Source: an uncultured Nitrososphaerota archaeon (GTDB lineage Archaea; Thermoproteota; Nitrososphaeria; Nitrososphaerales; CADDZS01). Taken from it: 64,000 nucleotides of DNA. The stretch spans positions 1,600,001 through 1,664,000 of the forward strand of contig CAWCYI010000004.1 of NCBI GenBank assembly GCA_963799845.1. The letters run 5' to 3'. Below, piece by piece: positions 20,235 to 30,610 of the stretch. Below the pieces are notes generated by a model, which worked only from the letters and a program-made list of their open reading frames with translations, was not told the DNA's origin and did not search any database. The number at the start of each line of letters is the position of its first letter. The first letter of the stretch is position 1. The translations under genes were made by a program, and so were the position numbers.

Positions 20235-21911
20235 TCAGGACCAGGACATGCTGTATGGCCTCATCCAGCCCTGCGGCCACGGAGTGAAATTGAGAGTGCT
20301 CTTCTGTATGATCGGAACGTATTCCTGATAGAGCGGTATCAACATACCGTTGGTTACGGCCCATTCGGCTGCCGCCTTTCCAGCAGCATAGCGTGTGGGG
20401 TTGTCCGGGGAAGTGAAAACGGGCGCTAGCATCTGATTTGCGGTCGCCATCAAGCCGGTGACATCGGTCGCTTTGGACGCGGTCAGCCCTGCCCACATTG
20501 AGAAGGGACTGCTCGGCGACATGATATAGCCAATGTCATCCTCGGGATCTCCCGTGGAATTCGACCAGTCGTTAAACAACAAAGCTGCTTGGGTACCCAT
20601 ATCCCTGTAATCAAAGTACTGAGCCTGTGTCATCGTAGTCAATTCCACGTTGATTGCATTCGTGTTTTCCCACATTTGCTGGCACGCCTGAGCGATGTTG
20701 TAATCTCCGGATATTGCGCCGTTCGTAGTGTAGACGGGTAGTGTTAATTTATTGCCCGAGTTGTAACCAGCGGCGGATAGCAGGGACTGGGCTTGACTCA
20801 GGTTAAACGGGGTGGAAAAGTTCGGATCCCAAGATTGGTATCCAGGTTCTTCTGGAAGATAGTCGATTTCACCAATTCCTCCTAGAACGTTTGTAACCAG
20901 ACTATTCCTGTCCAGTGCCAAGTTCAGGGCTTGTCTCACTCCCGCATTAGAGAACGCGGGGAAGTAAGGAGAGACAAAAAAGCATGCGACTGCGGAGACC
21001 GATCCAGTTTGGCCCAGTAGTCCGTTCGTCGTTGAAAGCTGCTTGTAAACAGAGGTGTCGATCGATTGCGTAATGTCTGAAGTTCCCGATTGAACTTCCG
21101 AAGCCCTTGAAGAGGGATCAGTAATCTCCTTAAAAACTGCGTTGGGTATCGGCGCTACCCCTTGCCAGTAGTTGTCAAACGCCTGCAATTTTAGAATCCC
21201 GTTTTGATGGCTGACGAACTTGTAAGGGCCACAAGATATTGGATTTGCGGCAAATCCGTCGGCGCCCTGCGCTGTGTAGTAAGCTTTCGGAATTATGAAG
21301 GCGTCCAGAAAACCGAACCAGACCGGAAATCCTGGATCGAATCTGGAGAGCTGCAACGTCAGTGAAGTGCTGCTGTTGACCGTGAAATTCGAAATGATAT
21401 TCCAAACTCCTGCATAAGCGAAGCCAGAAGTGGCTGCGGTCTGCATTGAAAACGCGATGTCATCCGCAGTCAGGTCAGTCCCATCGTGAAAGGTCACTCC
21501 GCTCCTCACAGTCAGGTTGAGGACCGGATTGGAGGACGGATTGGGACCCCACGACCAAGCTGAAACAACACCCGGCTGGAAATTCAGGTTTCGGTCTTGG
21601 AGCTCGTATCTCTCGTAAATCGCGTCGAGGGGTGATTCCTGGATGCCGTTGTTATTCAACCGATACGGATGTAAGTCGGTGATTTGATAAGGCCACGCAA
21701 TCGTAACTGTGTCTGGCTTGCTTGAGGACTTTGAGCTCAAGTAATAGTAGGCTCCTCCGCCTACCGCAGCAACCACGACAACACCTGCCACAGCATACTT
21801 TAGGAAACCTCTTCGAGAAACTTTCATTTTCGGCTGAGCCGCCGGAGCATTAGGATCGGTAGTTGGACTTTCAGGATTTGGAGGATTTGGATTTGGATTT
21901 GGAGTCGACAA
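20235..21911 (-). CDS. Peptide/nickel ABC substrate-binding protein (family 5) with Tat signal/anchor
   Basis: SRRGFLK twin-Arg plus TM helix; FHDGT.LTADD, GPYK, VRQAL..ALDR. Confidence 0.92.
   Translation of the reverse strand: MSTPNPNPNPPNPESPTTDPNAPAAQPKMKVSRRGFLKYAVAGVVVVAAVGGGAYYYLSSKSSSKPDTVTIAWPYQITDLHPYRLNNNGIQESPLDAIYERYELQDRNLNFQPGVVSAWSWGPNPSSNPVLNLTVRSGVTFHDGTDLTADDIAFSMQTAATSGFAYAGVWNIISNFTVNSSTSLTLQLSRFDPGFPVWFGFLDAFIIPKAYYTAQGADGFAANPISCGPYKFVSHQNGILKLQAFDNYWQGVAPIPNAVFKEITDPSSRASEVQSGTSDITQSIDTSVYKQLSTTNGLLGQTGSVSAVACFFVSPYFPAFSNAGVRQALNLALDRNSLVTNVLGGIGEIDYLPEEPGYQSWDPNFSTPFNLSQAQSLLSAAGYNSGNKLTLPVYTTNGAISGDYNIAQACQQMWENTNAINVELTTMTQAQYFDYRDMGTQAALLFNDWSNSTGDPEDDIGYIMSPSSPFSMWAGLTASKATDVTGLMATANQMLAPVFTSPDNPTRYAAGKAAAEWAVTNGMLIPLYQEYVPIIQKSTLNFTPWPQGWMRPYSMSWS
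21874..21903. repeat. Hexamer microsatellite encoding Pro-Asn repeats
   Basis: (GGATTT)n, giving PNPNPNPPNP at the N-terminus of the binding protein. Confidence 0.7.
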
Positions 21912-22096
21912 ACTAGTCTCCGCAAAATTGACGCGTCTATTTATCCTTTACAGTGAATTTGGCGCTTTATTCAATTCACAAGTTCAAAAACGAGGCATTT
22001 TTTGTACCAAATAATTCGAAAAAATGTCGGACATTTGGTCGATGAAACAATTTCACGCCGTCAATTCTTTTAACTTGAAATCGAGTTCGCCTCCCC

Positions 22097-23659
22097 ATGG
22101 ATGAAACTTACACCGTCAAGCGACCTCTTGTCAAGATCCGAAGACCCTCGCCGGAAAAATTGAGGGAGCTGGGCAGACAGCATTCGATGAACTTGAGCGA
22201 TGAAGAAGTTGAAGGAATCTCGCTCATTTGTGACGACATGCTAAAAGCTGTGGATCAGCTTGACAGGATCTCAGAGCCGGCAAAACAAGCCAAATATTTG
22301 GAAAGAGATCCGGGTCGAAGGCCCCACCTTGGGGAGGATCCGTTCAACGTTTTCATAACAAAATGTCACGTGAAAGGATCAGACTCTGGACTTCTGCTGG
22401 GAAAGAAGATAGGGCTCAAAGATAACATCTCGCTTAGAGGAGTACCGATGACCAACGCCTCTCGGCTTGGTGAACACTACATTCCAAACGTTGACGCTAC
22501 GGTTGTAACGAAGCTTCTGGATGCTGGGGGCGTGATAGTTGGAAAACTGAACATGGACGACTTTTCGTTCTCTGGAACTTCCGAGACCAGTTTTTTTGGG
22601 GCAGTCAGGAACCCCCTGAACCCCGAATACAGCCCTGGCGGGTCATCTTCGGCGTCGGGAGCAGCCGTCGCCGCAAATGAGGTAGATATTGCGCTAGGAG
22701 TTGATCAAGGCGGGAGTGCACGGACTCCGGCATCCTGTTGCGGGGTAGTTTCGATAAAACCAACGCACGGACTCGTGTCAAGTTACGGACTCGCGTACAT
22801 GGATTATACGATCGATCACATCTGTCCCATCGCGAGAACAGTTGAGGAGGTTGCGATGGCGCTCCAAGTGATGGCGGGTTTCGATCCAAAAGATCCCGAG
22901 TGGGTCAGATCGGAGGTACGTGCGGAAAACTACTACGATTTGCTCCTGAAATCCGATCTTAAGATCGACGGACTCCGAGTTGGCGTCATTAGGGAAACGC
23001 TGGCGTGGGATGGAGCTGATCCCGAGATTTTGGAATGTTTCGGCGTCGCTACGCAAAAATTGGAGGAGTTAGGCGCAAAGTGCTCAGAAGTCTCGATCCC
23101 GTCAATAGAAATAACGCCAGCCATCAGGATCGCTACCCTGGTTCACGCTACTGATGCGATGATAGATTCCTGCGGTGAAGGGTACTGGCATGGGGGTGAA
23201 TACAATCCGGCATGGAATGAATTCCTCGGGCGGGCAAAAAGCACCATGGCGGACTATCTTCCTCCACTGCTCAAGAGCACTCTGATTCTAGGCAGGTATC
23301 TGCGTACAGAGTTTTACAGCACGTATCATTCGAAGGCGATGAACCTCAAAAACGTGCTAGACTCGGAGGTCGAGAACGCCTTTGGAAAATTCGACGTCCT
23401 GGCCTGCCCAACCAATATCGTGAAGCCGCCCCGCCTCAAGGATAAGATCGAGTTTGCCGAGATAAATCGGAGGGGCTTCATGCTATCAAGCAACACGCAA
23501 CCGTTCAACATGACCGGAAATCCAGCGATCACCTTACCGTGCGGAATGAGGGGAGGACTGCCCGTCGCGCTTCAACTTGTGGCTAAGCACTGGAACGAAT
23601 CACTGCTGTTCAAGGTGGCGCGAGCTTTCGAAAAGAACTTTGACTGGAAAACGCTGTGA
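22097..23659 (+). CDS. Amidase-signature family amidase (paralog 1)
   Basis: KDN, PGGSSSASG, DQGGSAR (Ser-cisSer-Lys triad). Confidence 0.95.
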   Translation: MDETYTVKRPLVKIRRPSPEKLRELGRQHSMNLSDEEVEGISLICDDMLKAVDQLDRISEPAKQAKYLERDPGRRPHLGEDPFNVFITKCHVKGSDSGLLLGKKIGLKDNISLRGVPMTNASRLGEHYIPNVDATVVTKLLDAGGVIVGKLNMDDFSFSGTSETSFFGAVRNPLNPEYSPGGSSSASGAAVAANEVDIALGVDQGGSARTPASCCGVVSIKPTHGLVSSYGLAYMDYTIDHICPIARTVEEVAMALQVMAGFDPKDPEWVRSEVRAENYYDLLLKSDLKIDGLRVGVIRETLAWDGADPEILECFGVATQKLEELGAKCSEVSIPSIEITPAIRIATLVHATDAMIDSCGEGYWHGGEYNPAWNEFLGRAKSTMADYLPPLLKSTLILGRYLRTEFYSTYHSKAMNLKNVLDSEVENAFGKFDVLACPTNIVKPPRLKDKIEFAEINRRGFMLSSNTQPFNMTGNPAITLPCGMRGGLPVALQLVAKHWNESLLFKVARAFEKNFDWKTL

Positions 23660-23664
23660 TCGGT

Positions 23665-24606
23665 TCATCCGAGTTTTCCGGCGACGAGACTTTCAATAAA
23701 GGTGGGATCGGTTCCAACAACGGGATATTCGACGCCTAATTTTTCCATAGACTTTAGGCGGTCGATCAACTTGTCCTTGTTACCCACGACTGCCATCGAT
23801 TCCACAATCTCATTTGTTACTCTGTCAAATGAGCCCTTCCTAACTTCTGATGCAATTTTAGGATCAAAGCCCGAATGCTCTAACAGCGTCTCTCCAATGC
23901 CGGGAAAAGAGAGAAATCGTTCTGCAAACGGTCGCGCGATTGACAATCCCTCCGATACATCGGTCGTGGGAACGTATGTGACATTGCACGCGACCTGAAA
24001 GCTCTTCGCTCCCAGCGTGCTCTTGACGAGGTTCATTGCATGGTTTATGTAACCGAGAGACGAAAAATTGGAAAGCGCGATACCGTCTCCGAAATTCGCC
24101 GCGAACTTTATCGCCTTATCTTGAATTCCTGGTATGAAGACTCGAAGGGAGTATTTCTTTTCGCGGATCGAGTTGATCCCGTGAATCTTGAAATACCTTC
24201 CATCAAGGCTCCATTCGTTTCCGGTAGAAACATTTCGTAATATCTTCACGACCTCTTGAAGTCTTTCTAGTGGCCTACTAGAATCGAGGCCGAGCGCGTC
24301 GGATGTTGAGGGCGAACCCGGTCCCACCCCAAGTATGAATCGATCGCCGAGGAGATCGATGCAGCTCAATGCTGCTCCCGCGAGTGCAACAGGATGGCGG
24401 GAGTACTGATTTACCACATCGGTCATGAAACCCATTTCTGGACATCTTTCCGAGAGAGCAGCAATTGTAACAAAAACATCGGGCCCAGAATTCTCCAAGT
24501 CTTCGGAGAGCGCGATACCCCAGAATCCGGCTTTACTCGCCCTTCTCGCGAGGTCTATCATTCTTGAAAAATCAGTCTGACCCCTAAGGCTGAGCAAGGG
24601 CTTCAA
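23665..24606 (-). CDS. LLM-class (probably F420-dependent) oxidoreductase
   Basis: N.YSRHP...A, GDRFILGVGPG, GDG; probable TTG start ~24606. Confidence 0.85.
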   Translation of the reverse strand: MKPLLSLRGQTDFSRMIDLARRASKAGFWGIALSEDLENSGPDVFVTIAALSERCPEMGFMTDVVNQYSRHPVALAGAALSCIDLLGDRFILGVGPGSPSTSDALGLDSSRPLERLQEVVKILRNVSTGNEWSLDGRYFKIHGINSIREKKYSLRVFIPGIQDKAIKFAANFGDGIALSNFSSLGYINHAMNLVKSTLGAKSFQVACNVTYVPTTDVSEGLSIARPFAERFLSFPGIGETLLEHSGFDPKIASEVRKGSFDRVTNEIVESMAVVGNKDKLIDRLKSMEKLGVEYPVVGTDPTFIESLVAGKLG

Positions 24607-24718
24607 GATTGTTTCAATGATTGCAATACACTTGAGGGTATTAGAATATTGATCATTGAAATTGATCATTGCAAATTCTCCGAGAAACCTCATTAATCAG
24701 TGGAACCGGATAAATGGC

Positions 24719-26260
24719 GTGCATCTCATTCGCCCTAAAGGAAAAATTATCCGCCCATCGCTCGAAAAGATCAAGAGTATTGCAAATGAGCTTTACATGA
24801 GTCCCTCAGATCAGGAATTAAACGACATGCTTGATCTGTCCGATGGCTTGTTGAACGAGTTTGACAGGCTCGATGAACTCATAGAACCAGCTCCAGAGAC
24901 CGAGTTTCCGATCCGCGAATCGATCCACAGGCCTTCGAGGGAAGAAGATCCGTATAACTTGTTCATTACAAAGTGCTTGGTGCGCGGCGCAGAAAGCGGT
25001 CCGCTAAAAGGAAAGAAAGTTGGACTGAAAGATAACATCAGCCTGCGCGGAATCCCGATGACCAACGGGTCTAGGGCCTGCCAGGGTTACATCCCGAACG
25101 TCGATGCAACTGTTGCAACCAGATTGCTGAGAGCGGGGGCCGATATTGTGGGAAAATTGAACATGGATGACATGTCGTTTTCGGGGACTTCTGAATCTAG
25201 TTTCTACGGAGCTGTGAGGAATCCAAGGAATCCCGAGTACAGTCCTGGAGGCTCTTCATCTGCTTCTGGTGCCGCAGTTGCAAGTGGAGATATTGATATC
25301 GCAATTGCGGTAGACCAAGCAGGAAGCGCGCGCATGCCGGCCGCCTGGAGCGGAGTGACGAGCATAAAGGCAACGCACGGATTGGTTCCGAGTTTTGGTC
25401 TGACGTACATGGATCAGACAATCGACTTCGTATGTCCGATAACTAGGACAGTGGCTGAGCTCGCGCAAGCGCTCGAAGTAATAGCTGGAGACGATGACAA
25501 GGATCCCCAATGGGTCCGGGGGCCATTGAAGGTGGAGCAGTATACCAAACAACTGAAACGTGACATGAAAGGCTTGAGGGTTGCTCTCGTGAAGGAATCG
25601 ATGGAGTGGAGCGGCAGCGAGCCCGATGTCAGCGATGCGGTGAGAGACTCCCTCGCAAAGATGTCTGGAGTAGGAGCAAGCATAGAAGAGATCTCGATTC
25701 CAATGTTCAAAGATGCTCCCGCAATTTGGGCGGGAATCTTGATTTCCGGCTTTGCGGCGACAATCGAATCAAACGGAGAAGGCTACGGGCACGAAGGTTA
25801 CTATAACACGCACTGGAACGAGTTTTTCGGCAAAGCGAGAAAAACAATGAGCTCCGAGTTCCCTCCGCTCGTGAAGATCTCGCTAATAATTGCGAGGTAT
25901 CTCAGGAACGAATACTTCGGAGTCCACCATTCAAAAGCGCAGAACCTCAGGAGACTGCTTCGAGACGAGATCAACAAACAGTTTGAAAAGTACGATATTC
26001 TCGCGCTGCCGACGACTCCGATGAAGCCGACGAAGTTGAGAGACTCTATTTCATTCAAGGAGATGGCGATGACGGGGACGTTCGTGATAAACAATACCTG
26101 TCCGTTCAACGTCACGGGTAACCCGGCAATCAGCATACCATGTGCGACGCGCCTCGGTCTTCCGGTCGGATTGCAATTCGTATCAAAGCACTTCAACGAA
26201 GCTGTACTTTTCCACGCGGGGTATGCATTCGAACAGTCGTTTGATTGGAGGAAGCTCTAG
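24719..26260 (+). CDS. Amidase-signature family amidase (paralog 2)
   Basis: KDN, PGGSSSASG, DQAGSAR; probable GTG start at 24719. Confidence 0.93.
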   Translation: MHLIRPKGKIIRPSLEKIKSIANELYMSPSDQELNDMLDLSDGLLNEFDRLDELIEPAPETEFPIRESIHRPSREEDPYNLFITKCLVRGAESGPLKGKKVGLKDNISLRGIPMTNGSRACQGYIPNVDATVATRLLRAGADIVGKLNMDDMSFSGTSESSFYGAVRNPRNPEYSPGGSSSASGAAVASGDIDIAIAVDQAGSARMPAAWSGVTSIKATHGLVPSFGLTYMDQTIDFVCPITRTVAELAQALEVIAGDDDKDPQWVRGPLKVEQYTKQLKRDMKGLRVALVKESMEWSGSEPDVSDAVRDSLAKMSGVGASIEEISIPMFKDAPAIWAGILISGFAATIESNGEGYGHEGYYNTHWNEFFGKARKTMSSEFPPLVKISLIIARYLRNEYFGVHHSKAQNLRRLLRDEINKQFEKYDILALPTTPMKPTKLRDSISFKEMAMTGTFVINNTCPFNVTGNPAISIPCATRLGLPVGLQFVSKHFNEAVLFHAGYAFEQSFDWRKL

Positions 26261-26294
26261 ACTGTGCGTCTCTGGAATTCTGTCTTAGTACGGG

Positions 26295-26894
26295 TTGTCT
26301 CCCAGTCCGACGTACAGATCAAGTAAGACGATCGAGTTGACCGTTCAATCGGCATTGCCGGTTACTGAACGTTGGGCCCAGTTCGGACCCCGAAAGAAAT
26401 CTTGGCTGATTAACATTCCCAAAGGAGGAGTCTGCCTCTCAACTTTCATAGTAGCTTCCAAGAATGATTCGATTCTTTTAGGGCTGCCGAGATCTAGGCT
26501 TGAATGGCCAGAGAAGGGAGGAGAACGTTTCTCCGGTGCCGTGGAACTAGAAAAAACTAACACCTGGATTCTCCCCGCGACCCACCTTCTGATCGGAGAA
26601 AATCCTGACGACGCTTCGAAAAGGATTTCGAAAGAGTTCACAGGGCTCAAGGGATTACCAAAATTTGCAATGATACAATCTCACACCCGTCCGGCGAAGA
26701 TCTGGTGGAAACACGTCGGGAATGCGGTTCACTGGGACTTGTGTTTTGTCTACAATCTGGAGATCGACGGAGTACCCAAAAAGCTGAAGCCTTGGTGGAA
26801 AGAAATGAAGATGTTCGGACGAGAGGAAATCCATAATCTTAAGATTGGAAGGGGCCACCGAGACATTTTAAAAGAAGGCGACTATATCGACTAG
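26295..26894 (+). CDS. NUDIX-fold protein with degenerate Nudix box
   Basis: WILPATHLLIGENPDDASKRISKEFTG; HWDLCFVY. Confidence 0.7.
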   Translation: MSPSPTYRSSKTIELTVQSALPVTERWAQFGPRKKSWLINIPKGGVCLSTFIVASKNDSILLGLPRSRLEWPEKGGERFSGAVELEKTNTWILPATHLLIGENPDDASKRISKEFTGLKGLPKFAMIQSHTRPAKIWWKHVGNAVHWDLCFVYNLEIDGVPKKLKPWWKEMKMFGREEIHNLKIGRGHRDILKEGDYID

Positions 26895-26902
26895 CCCTTG
26901 CT

Positions 26903-28432
26903 TTAGAGTTCTCGCCAGTTGAACTGTTGTTCGAAATGCCGCGCTAATTTGAATAGCGTGGCTTCGTCGAGACGTTTTCCGATCAATTGCAAACCAATTG
27001 GAAATCCTCCTCTCATACCACATGGGACCGTTATTGCCGGATGTCCAGTCAAGTTGAACGCCTCAGTATTGTTCAATAACAACACGCCCCTCGTCAAGGA
27101 TTCCGAGAAAGTGATTTTCTCTTTAAGTTTGGGCGGCTTTACTATCATGGTCGGAGTCACGAGGACGTCAACATGCCCAAGCGCTTCGTCTATATCATCT
27201 CTCAGCTTGTTACGAAGATTCTGCGCCATCGAGTGAAACGAGCTGTAATAATCTTCCCTGAGATATCGACCAATTAACATCGAGCCTTTCAACAACGGCG
27301 GATAGAGGTCGGACATCTCCTTCCTAGCCTTTCCGATGTGTTCGTTCCACTCAGGATTGTACCGGCCACCGTTCCAGTAACCACCGCCGCATGAATCAAA
27401 CATCGCATGCGTTGACTGGACGACGATGGTTATCCAGATTGATCCCGAATCTTTGAAAAGCGGAATCGAAATATCTGACGTCCTAACTCCGAGAGTACTC
27501 AACTTTCCAAGAGTTGCAAGAAAAGATTCTTTGATTTCTGGATCGGTCCCTTCCCAAGCCAGGGATTCGCTAATAGCGCCCACTCGTAAATCAGTTGGAA
27601 GGGGACCTGAGGCTTCTTCTCTGTAATCCACAGGAGATGAAAGAGTTGATCTTGACCACTGTGGGTCGTCTTTATCGGGACCGGAAATTACACCAAGAGT
27701 CGTCGCGGTATCATCGACAGTTCTAGCTATCGGGCAAATGTGGTCAAAGGAATGATCCATGTAAGTTAGTCCGAAAGTTGGAACAATCCCCTGAGTTGGT
27801 TTTATAGAAACTACTCCGCAGCAGCACGCCGGAACTCTGCTACTCCCTCCCTGGTCGACCCCGATCGCTATGTCGACCTGCCCGCTTGCGACTGCAGCTC
27901 CAGAACCTGACGAAGAGCCTCCAGGACTGTATTCGGGATTCATCGGGTTACGCACGGGACCAAAAATACTCGTCTCAGATGTTCCCGAGAATGAATAGTT
28001 GTCCATGTTCATCTTTCCAACAATGTCCCCGCCTGCCTCAAGTATGCGCGTCACTATTGTGGCGTCGTAATTCGGGACGAAATCTTTACTCAGGTCTGAC
28101 GCGTTCGTCATTGGAATTCCTCGTACAGCGATATTGTCTTTGATTCCTAGTTTCTTTCCCTTGAGCGGACCTTCGCCTGAGCCACGGATGAAAATTTTTC
28201 TGATAAAGGCATTGTAAGGATCTTCTTTCCGATCCGGCCTGTAGCCAGTCTCTCTCGCTGGATAGTTTGTGCGAGGCAATTTTTCCGTCAGCGAGCCCAC
28301 CACGTTAGCTTCGTGCATCAATTGTTGAAAGAGATCTTCGATTCCGTCCATCTCCTCATCTTTGAGGTGTATGTGTTCGCTGGTCGATAGTTCTTTGATT
28401 TTTTCTTTGCTTGGAACATTCGCGTGGAGCAT
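26903..28432 (-). CDS. Amidase-signature family amidase (paralog 3)
   Basis: KDN, PGGSSSGSG, DQGGSSR. Confidence 0.95.
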   Translation of the reverse strand: MLHANVPSKEKIKELSTSEHIHLKDEEMDGIEDLFQQLMHEANVVGSLTEKLPRTNYPARETGYRPDRKEDPYNAFIRKIFIRGSGEGPLKGKKLGIKDNIAVRGIPMTNASDLSKDFVPNYDATIVTRILEAGGDIVGKMNMDNYSFSGTSETSIFGPVRNPMNPEYSPGGSSSGSGAAVASGQVDIAIGVDQGGSSRVPACCCGVVSIKPTQGIVPTFGLTYMDHSFDHICPIARTVDDTATTLGVISGPDKDDPQWSRSTLSSPVDYREEASGPLPTDLRVGAISESLAWEGTDPEIKESFLATLGKLSTLGVRTSDISIPLFKDSGSIWITIVVQSTHAMFDSCGGGYWNGGRYNPEWNEHIGKARKEMSDLYPPLLKGSMLIGRYLREDYYSSFHSMAQNLRNKLRDDIDEALGHVDVLVTPTMIVKPPKLKEKITFSESLTRGVLLLNNTEAFNLTGHPAITVPCGMRGGFPIGLQLIGKRLDEATLFKLARHFEQQFNWREL

Positions 28433-28515
28433 GTAATCGCTTTGGCGTTATCGAAGATTCATAAACAATTGGACAGCCTACTCGTTAAATAACTGAAAGA
28501 AAGAGCCGCATCCAA

Positions 28516-30531
28516 ATGGCTTCTCTATCTCGGCTCATGGAACCAATCGAGGTAGGGCCTGCCATTTTACGAAATAGGATAATTAGTTCCGCAAATTATT
28601 CGGCTATGGCAGAAAACGGTTTCTTTGGCGAGCGGCTCTCACTGTATCACGCCGAGAAAGCGAAGGGCGGCGTCGCCCTCACGATAACCGAAGAGTTGTC
28701 AGTGCACTTCTCCAGCGATTTTGGGCAACCGAGGAACGTGAGAGCTTACGATAAAGCTGCGACAACCGGATTCAATCTCTTCTCTTCCATGGTGCATGCT
28801 CAAGGAGCTTTAACTGTCGGGCAACTTTGGCACGGTGGAGTGAACCTCGCTAACAGAGATCCGTGGAATCTTAGGATCAATGTCCCACTCTCTGTCAGCC
28901 CGACGTCGAGCACCATGTTTCAGGATGGGACTACCTTTTCAAAAGAGATGACGCTGGAAGACATTTGCGACATACAAAATGGGTACATTGCTTCCGCGAG
29001 AAACCTCATCGAGGGCGGGTTCGATGGAATCGAGATTCACGCAACGCACGGATATCTTCCAAATCAATTTCTTTCACCCCTTTACAATCGAAGGACCGAC
29101 AAGTACGGCGGCTCGAAACAAAACAGGATGAGGTTTCTATCCGAGCTGGTTGAATCACTCGCGGAAGAAACCGCCCACGGGAAACTTCTCGGTATATCGA
29201 TTGTCGGTGACGAATATTTTCCGGGTGGTCTTGGATTGGACGAGACAATTCCAATTATACAAGAGTTGGATGCGACCGGCAAAGTGGATTACTTCATCGT
29301 TACCCCGGGAGGATTCGCTCTCCGATCGAATTTGAACAACCCGCCGATGTATTTTGACTATTCATTATTCAGGAGTACTTTCCCGGCAGTGAAAAAAGTA
29401 TTGAGAAATGCTAAGCTGTTCGCTGTCGGAAGGATCACGAGTCCTGTCCTCGCCGAAGAAATTCTTTCTCGCGGAGAGGCAGATGCCGTCATCATGATGC
29501 GTGCGCAGATCGCCGATCCTCATCTTGCGAACAAGGTGAAGCGAGATCAGCTTGAGGATATAATTCCGTGTGTTGGCTGCAATCAAGCCTGTTACGGCCA
29601 TGTAGTCGGATGGGCAAACCCGATTTCATGTATTCTCAACCCAACTGTCGGAAGAGAGAAGGAATGGGGGGAGGGCACGCTTCAATTGACTGCGAATCCC
29701 AAGAATATTGCAATCGTGGGAGGCGGCCCAGCAGGATGTGAAGCCGCAATAATTGCGTCCAAGCGGGGACACCATGTTACTTTATTCGAGAGGAGTGAAG
29801 CTCTTGGTGGACAGGTCTTGTTGGCTTCTTTCCTCCCGGGAAGATCCGATTTTGTTCTTGCGGTTCAATACTGGAAGAAACAGCTGAAGAAACACAGAGT
29901 AAACATGGTCCTGAACCATGAGGTCACATTGGAGGACATATCAAACAGCAGTTATGATCTTTTGATCATCGCAACAGGATCGAATCCCGACAAGATCGGC
30001 TTTTCTCCGATCTTTACGCTTCGACTAGGCATTCCGGGCGTGGCAGGAAACCCGATCGTAGTGACTCCGGATGAAATTCTACTCGGTTACAAGAATGCTG
30101 GGAGGAGAGTTGTTGTCTACGATGACCAGGGTGATTCAAAGGCTGCTGCGATCTCTGAATTCTTGGCGCAGGATGGGAGAGAGGTCGAGGTAATCTCTAG
30201 GCTTGGCATGCTCGCGCAGTTCTCCGACAATACAACTAGGATAGCTGCCCAATCCCGTGCATTTCAAAAATTTGTGAAATACACTCAGTTCAGCCTTATC
30301 AAAAAAGTCGAAAACAAAACTATCCATGTGACTAACATTTTCAACCAGGCTGACTCGATTCGCGAGAATGTCGACACACTGATACTGGTCACCTGGCGAT
30401 ATCAGGAAAACAAGCTCTACAATGCGCTCAAGCAAATGGGAAAGAAAGTGTTTGCAATCGGAGATTGCGTTTCCCCAAGAACTATCGAAGAAGCTGTATA
30501 CGAAGGCCACAAACTAGGCAGAGAAATTTAG
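28516..30531 (+). CDS. Old Yellow Enzyme / NADH:flavin oxidoreductase with 4Fe-4S and FAD domain (FadH/TMADH architecture)
   Basis: EIHATHGYL..QFLSP, N.RTD.YGGS, CVGCNQAC..C, GGGPAG. Confidence 0.93.
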   Translation: MASLSRLMEPIEVGPAILRNRIISSANYSAMAENGFFGERLSLYHAEKAKGGVALTITEELSVHFSSDFGQPRNVRAYDKAATTGFNLFSSMVHAQGALTVGQLWHGGVNLANRDPWNLRINVPLSVSPTSSTMFQDGTTFSKEMTLEDICDIQNGYIASARNLIEGGFDGIEIHATHGYLPNQFLSPLYNRRTDKYGGSKQNRMRFLSELVESLAEETAHGKLLGISIVGDEYFPGGLGLDETIPIIQELDATGKVDYFIVTPGGFALRSNLNNPPMYFDYSLFRSTFPAVKKVLRNAKLFAVGRITSPVLAEEILSRGEADAVIMMRAQIADPHLANKVKRDQLEDIIPCVGCNQACYGHVVGWANPISCILNPTVGREKEWGEGTLQLTANPKNIAIVGGGPAGCEAAIIASKRGHHVTLFERSEALGGQVLLASFLPGRSDFVLAVQYWKKQLKKHRVNMVLNHEVTLEDISNSSYDLLIIATGSNPDKIGFSPIFTLRLGIPGVAGNPIVVTPDEILLGYKNAGRRVVVYDDQGDSKAAAISEFLAQDGREVEVISRLGMLAQFSDNTTRIAAQSRAFQKFVKYTQFSLIKKVENKTIHVTNIFNQADSIRENVDTLILVTWRYQENKLYNALKQMGKKVFAIGDCVSPRTIEEAVYEGHKLGREI

Positions 30532-30610
30532 GGTTAACAGTCCAGTATGCCGTTTAGCAGAAAATTTCACCAAGCTCTGGCTATGGAGAAGCGCCACGAA
30601 AATAATCTGA

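Noticed and set aside
22097-28432. gatA annotation for the amidases
   Set aside because: No gatB/gatC; NMDDFSFSG and DQGGS instead of GatA NMDEFAMGS and DTGGSIRQP; catabolic context
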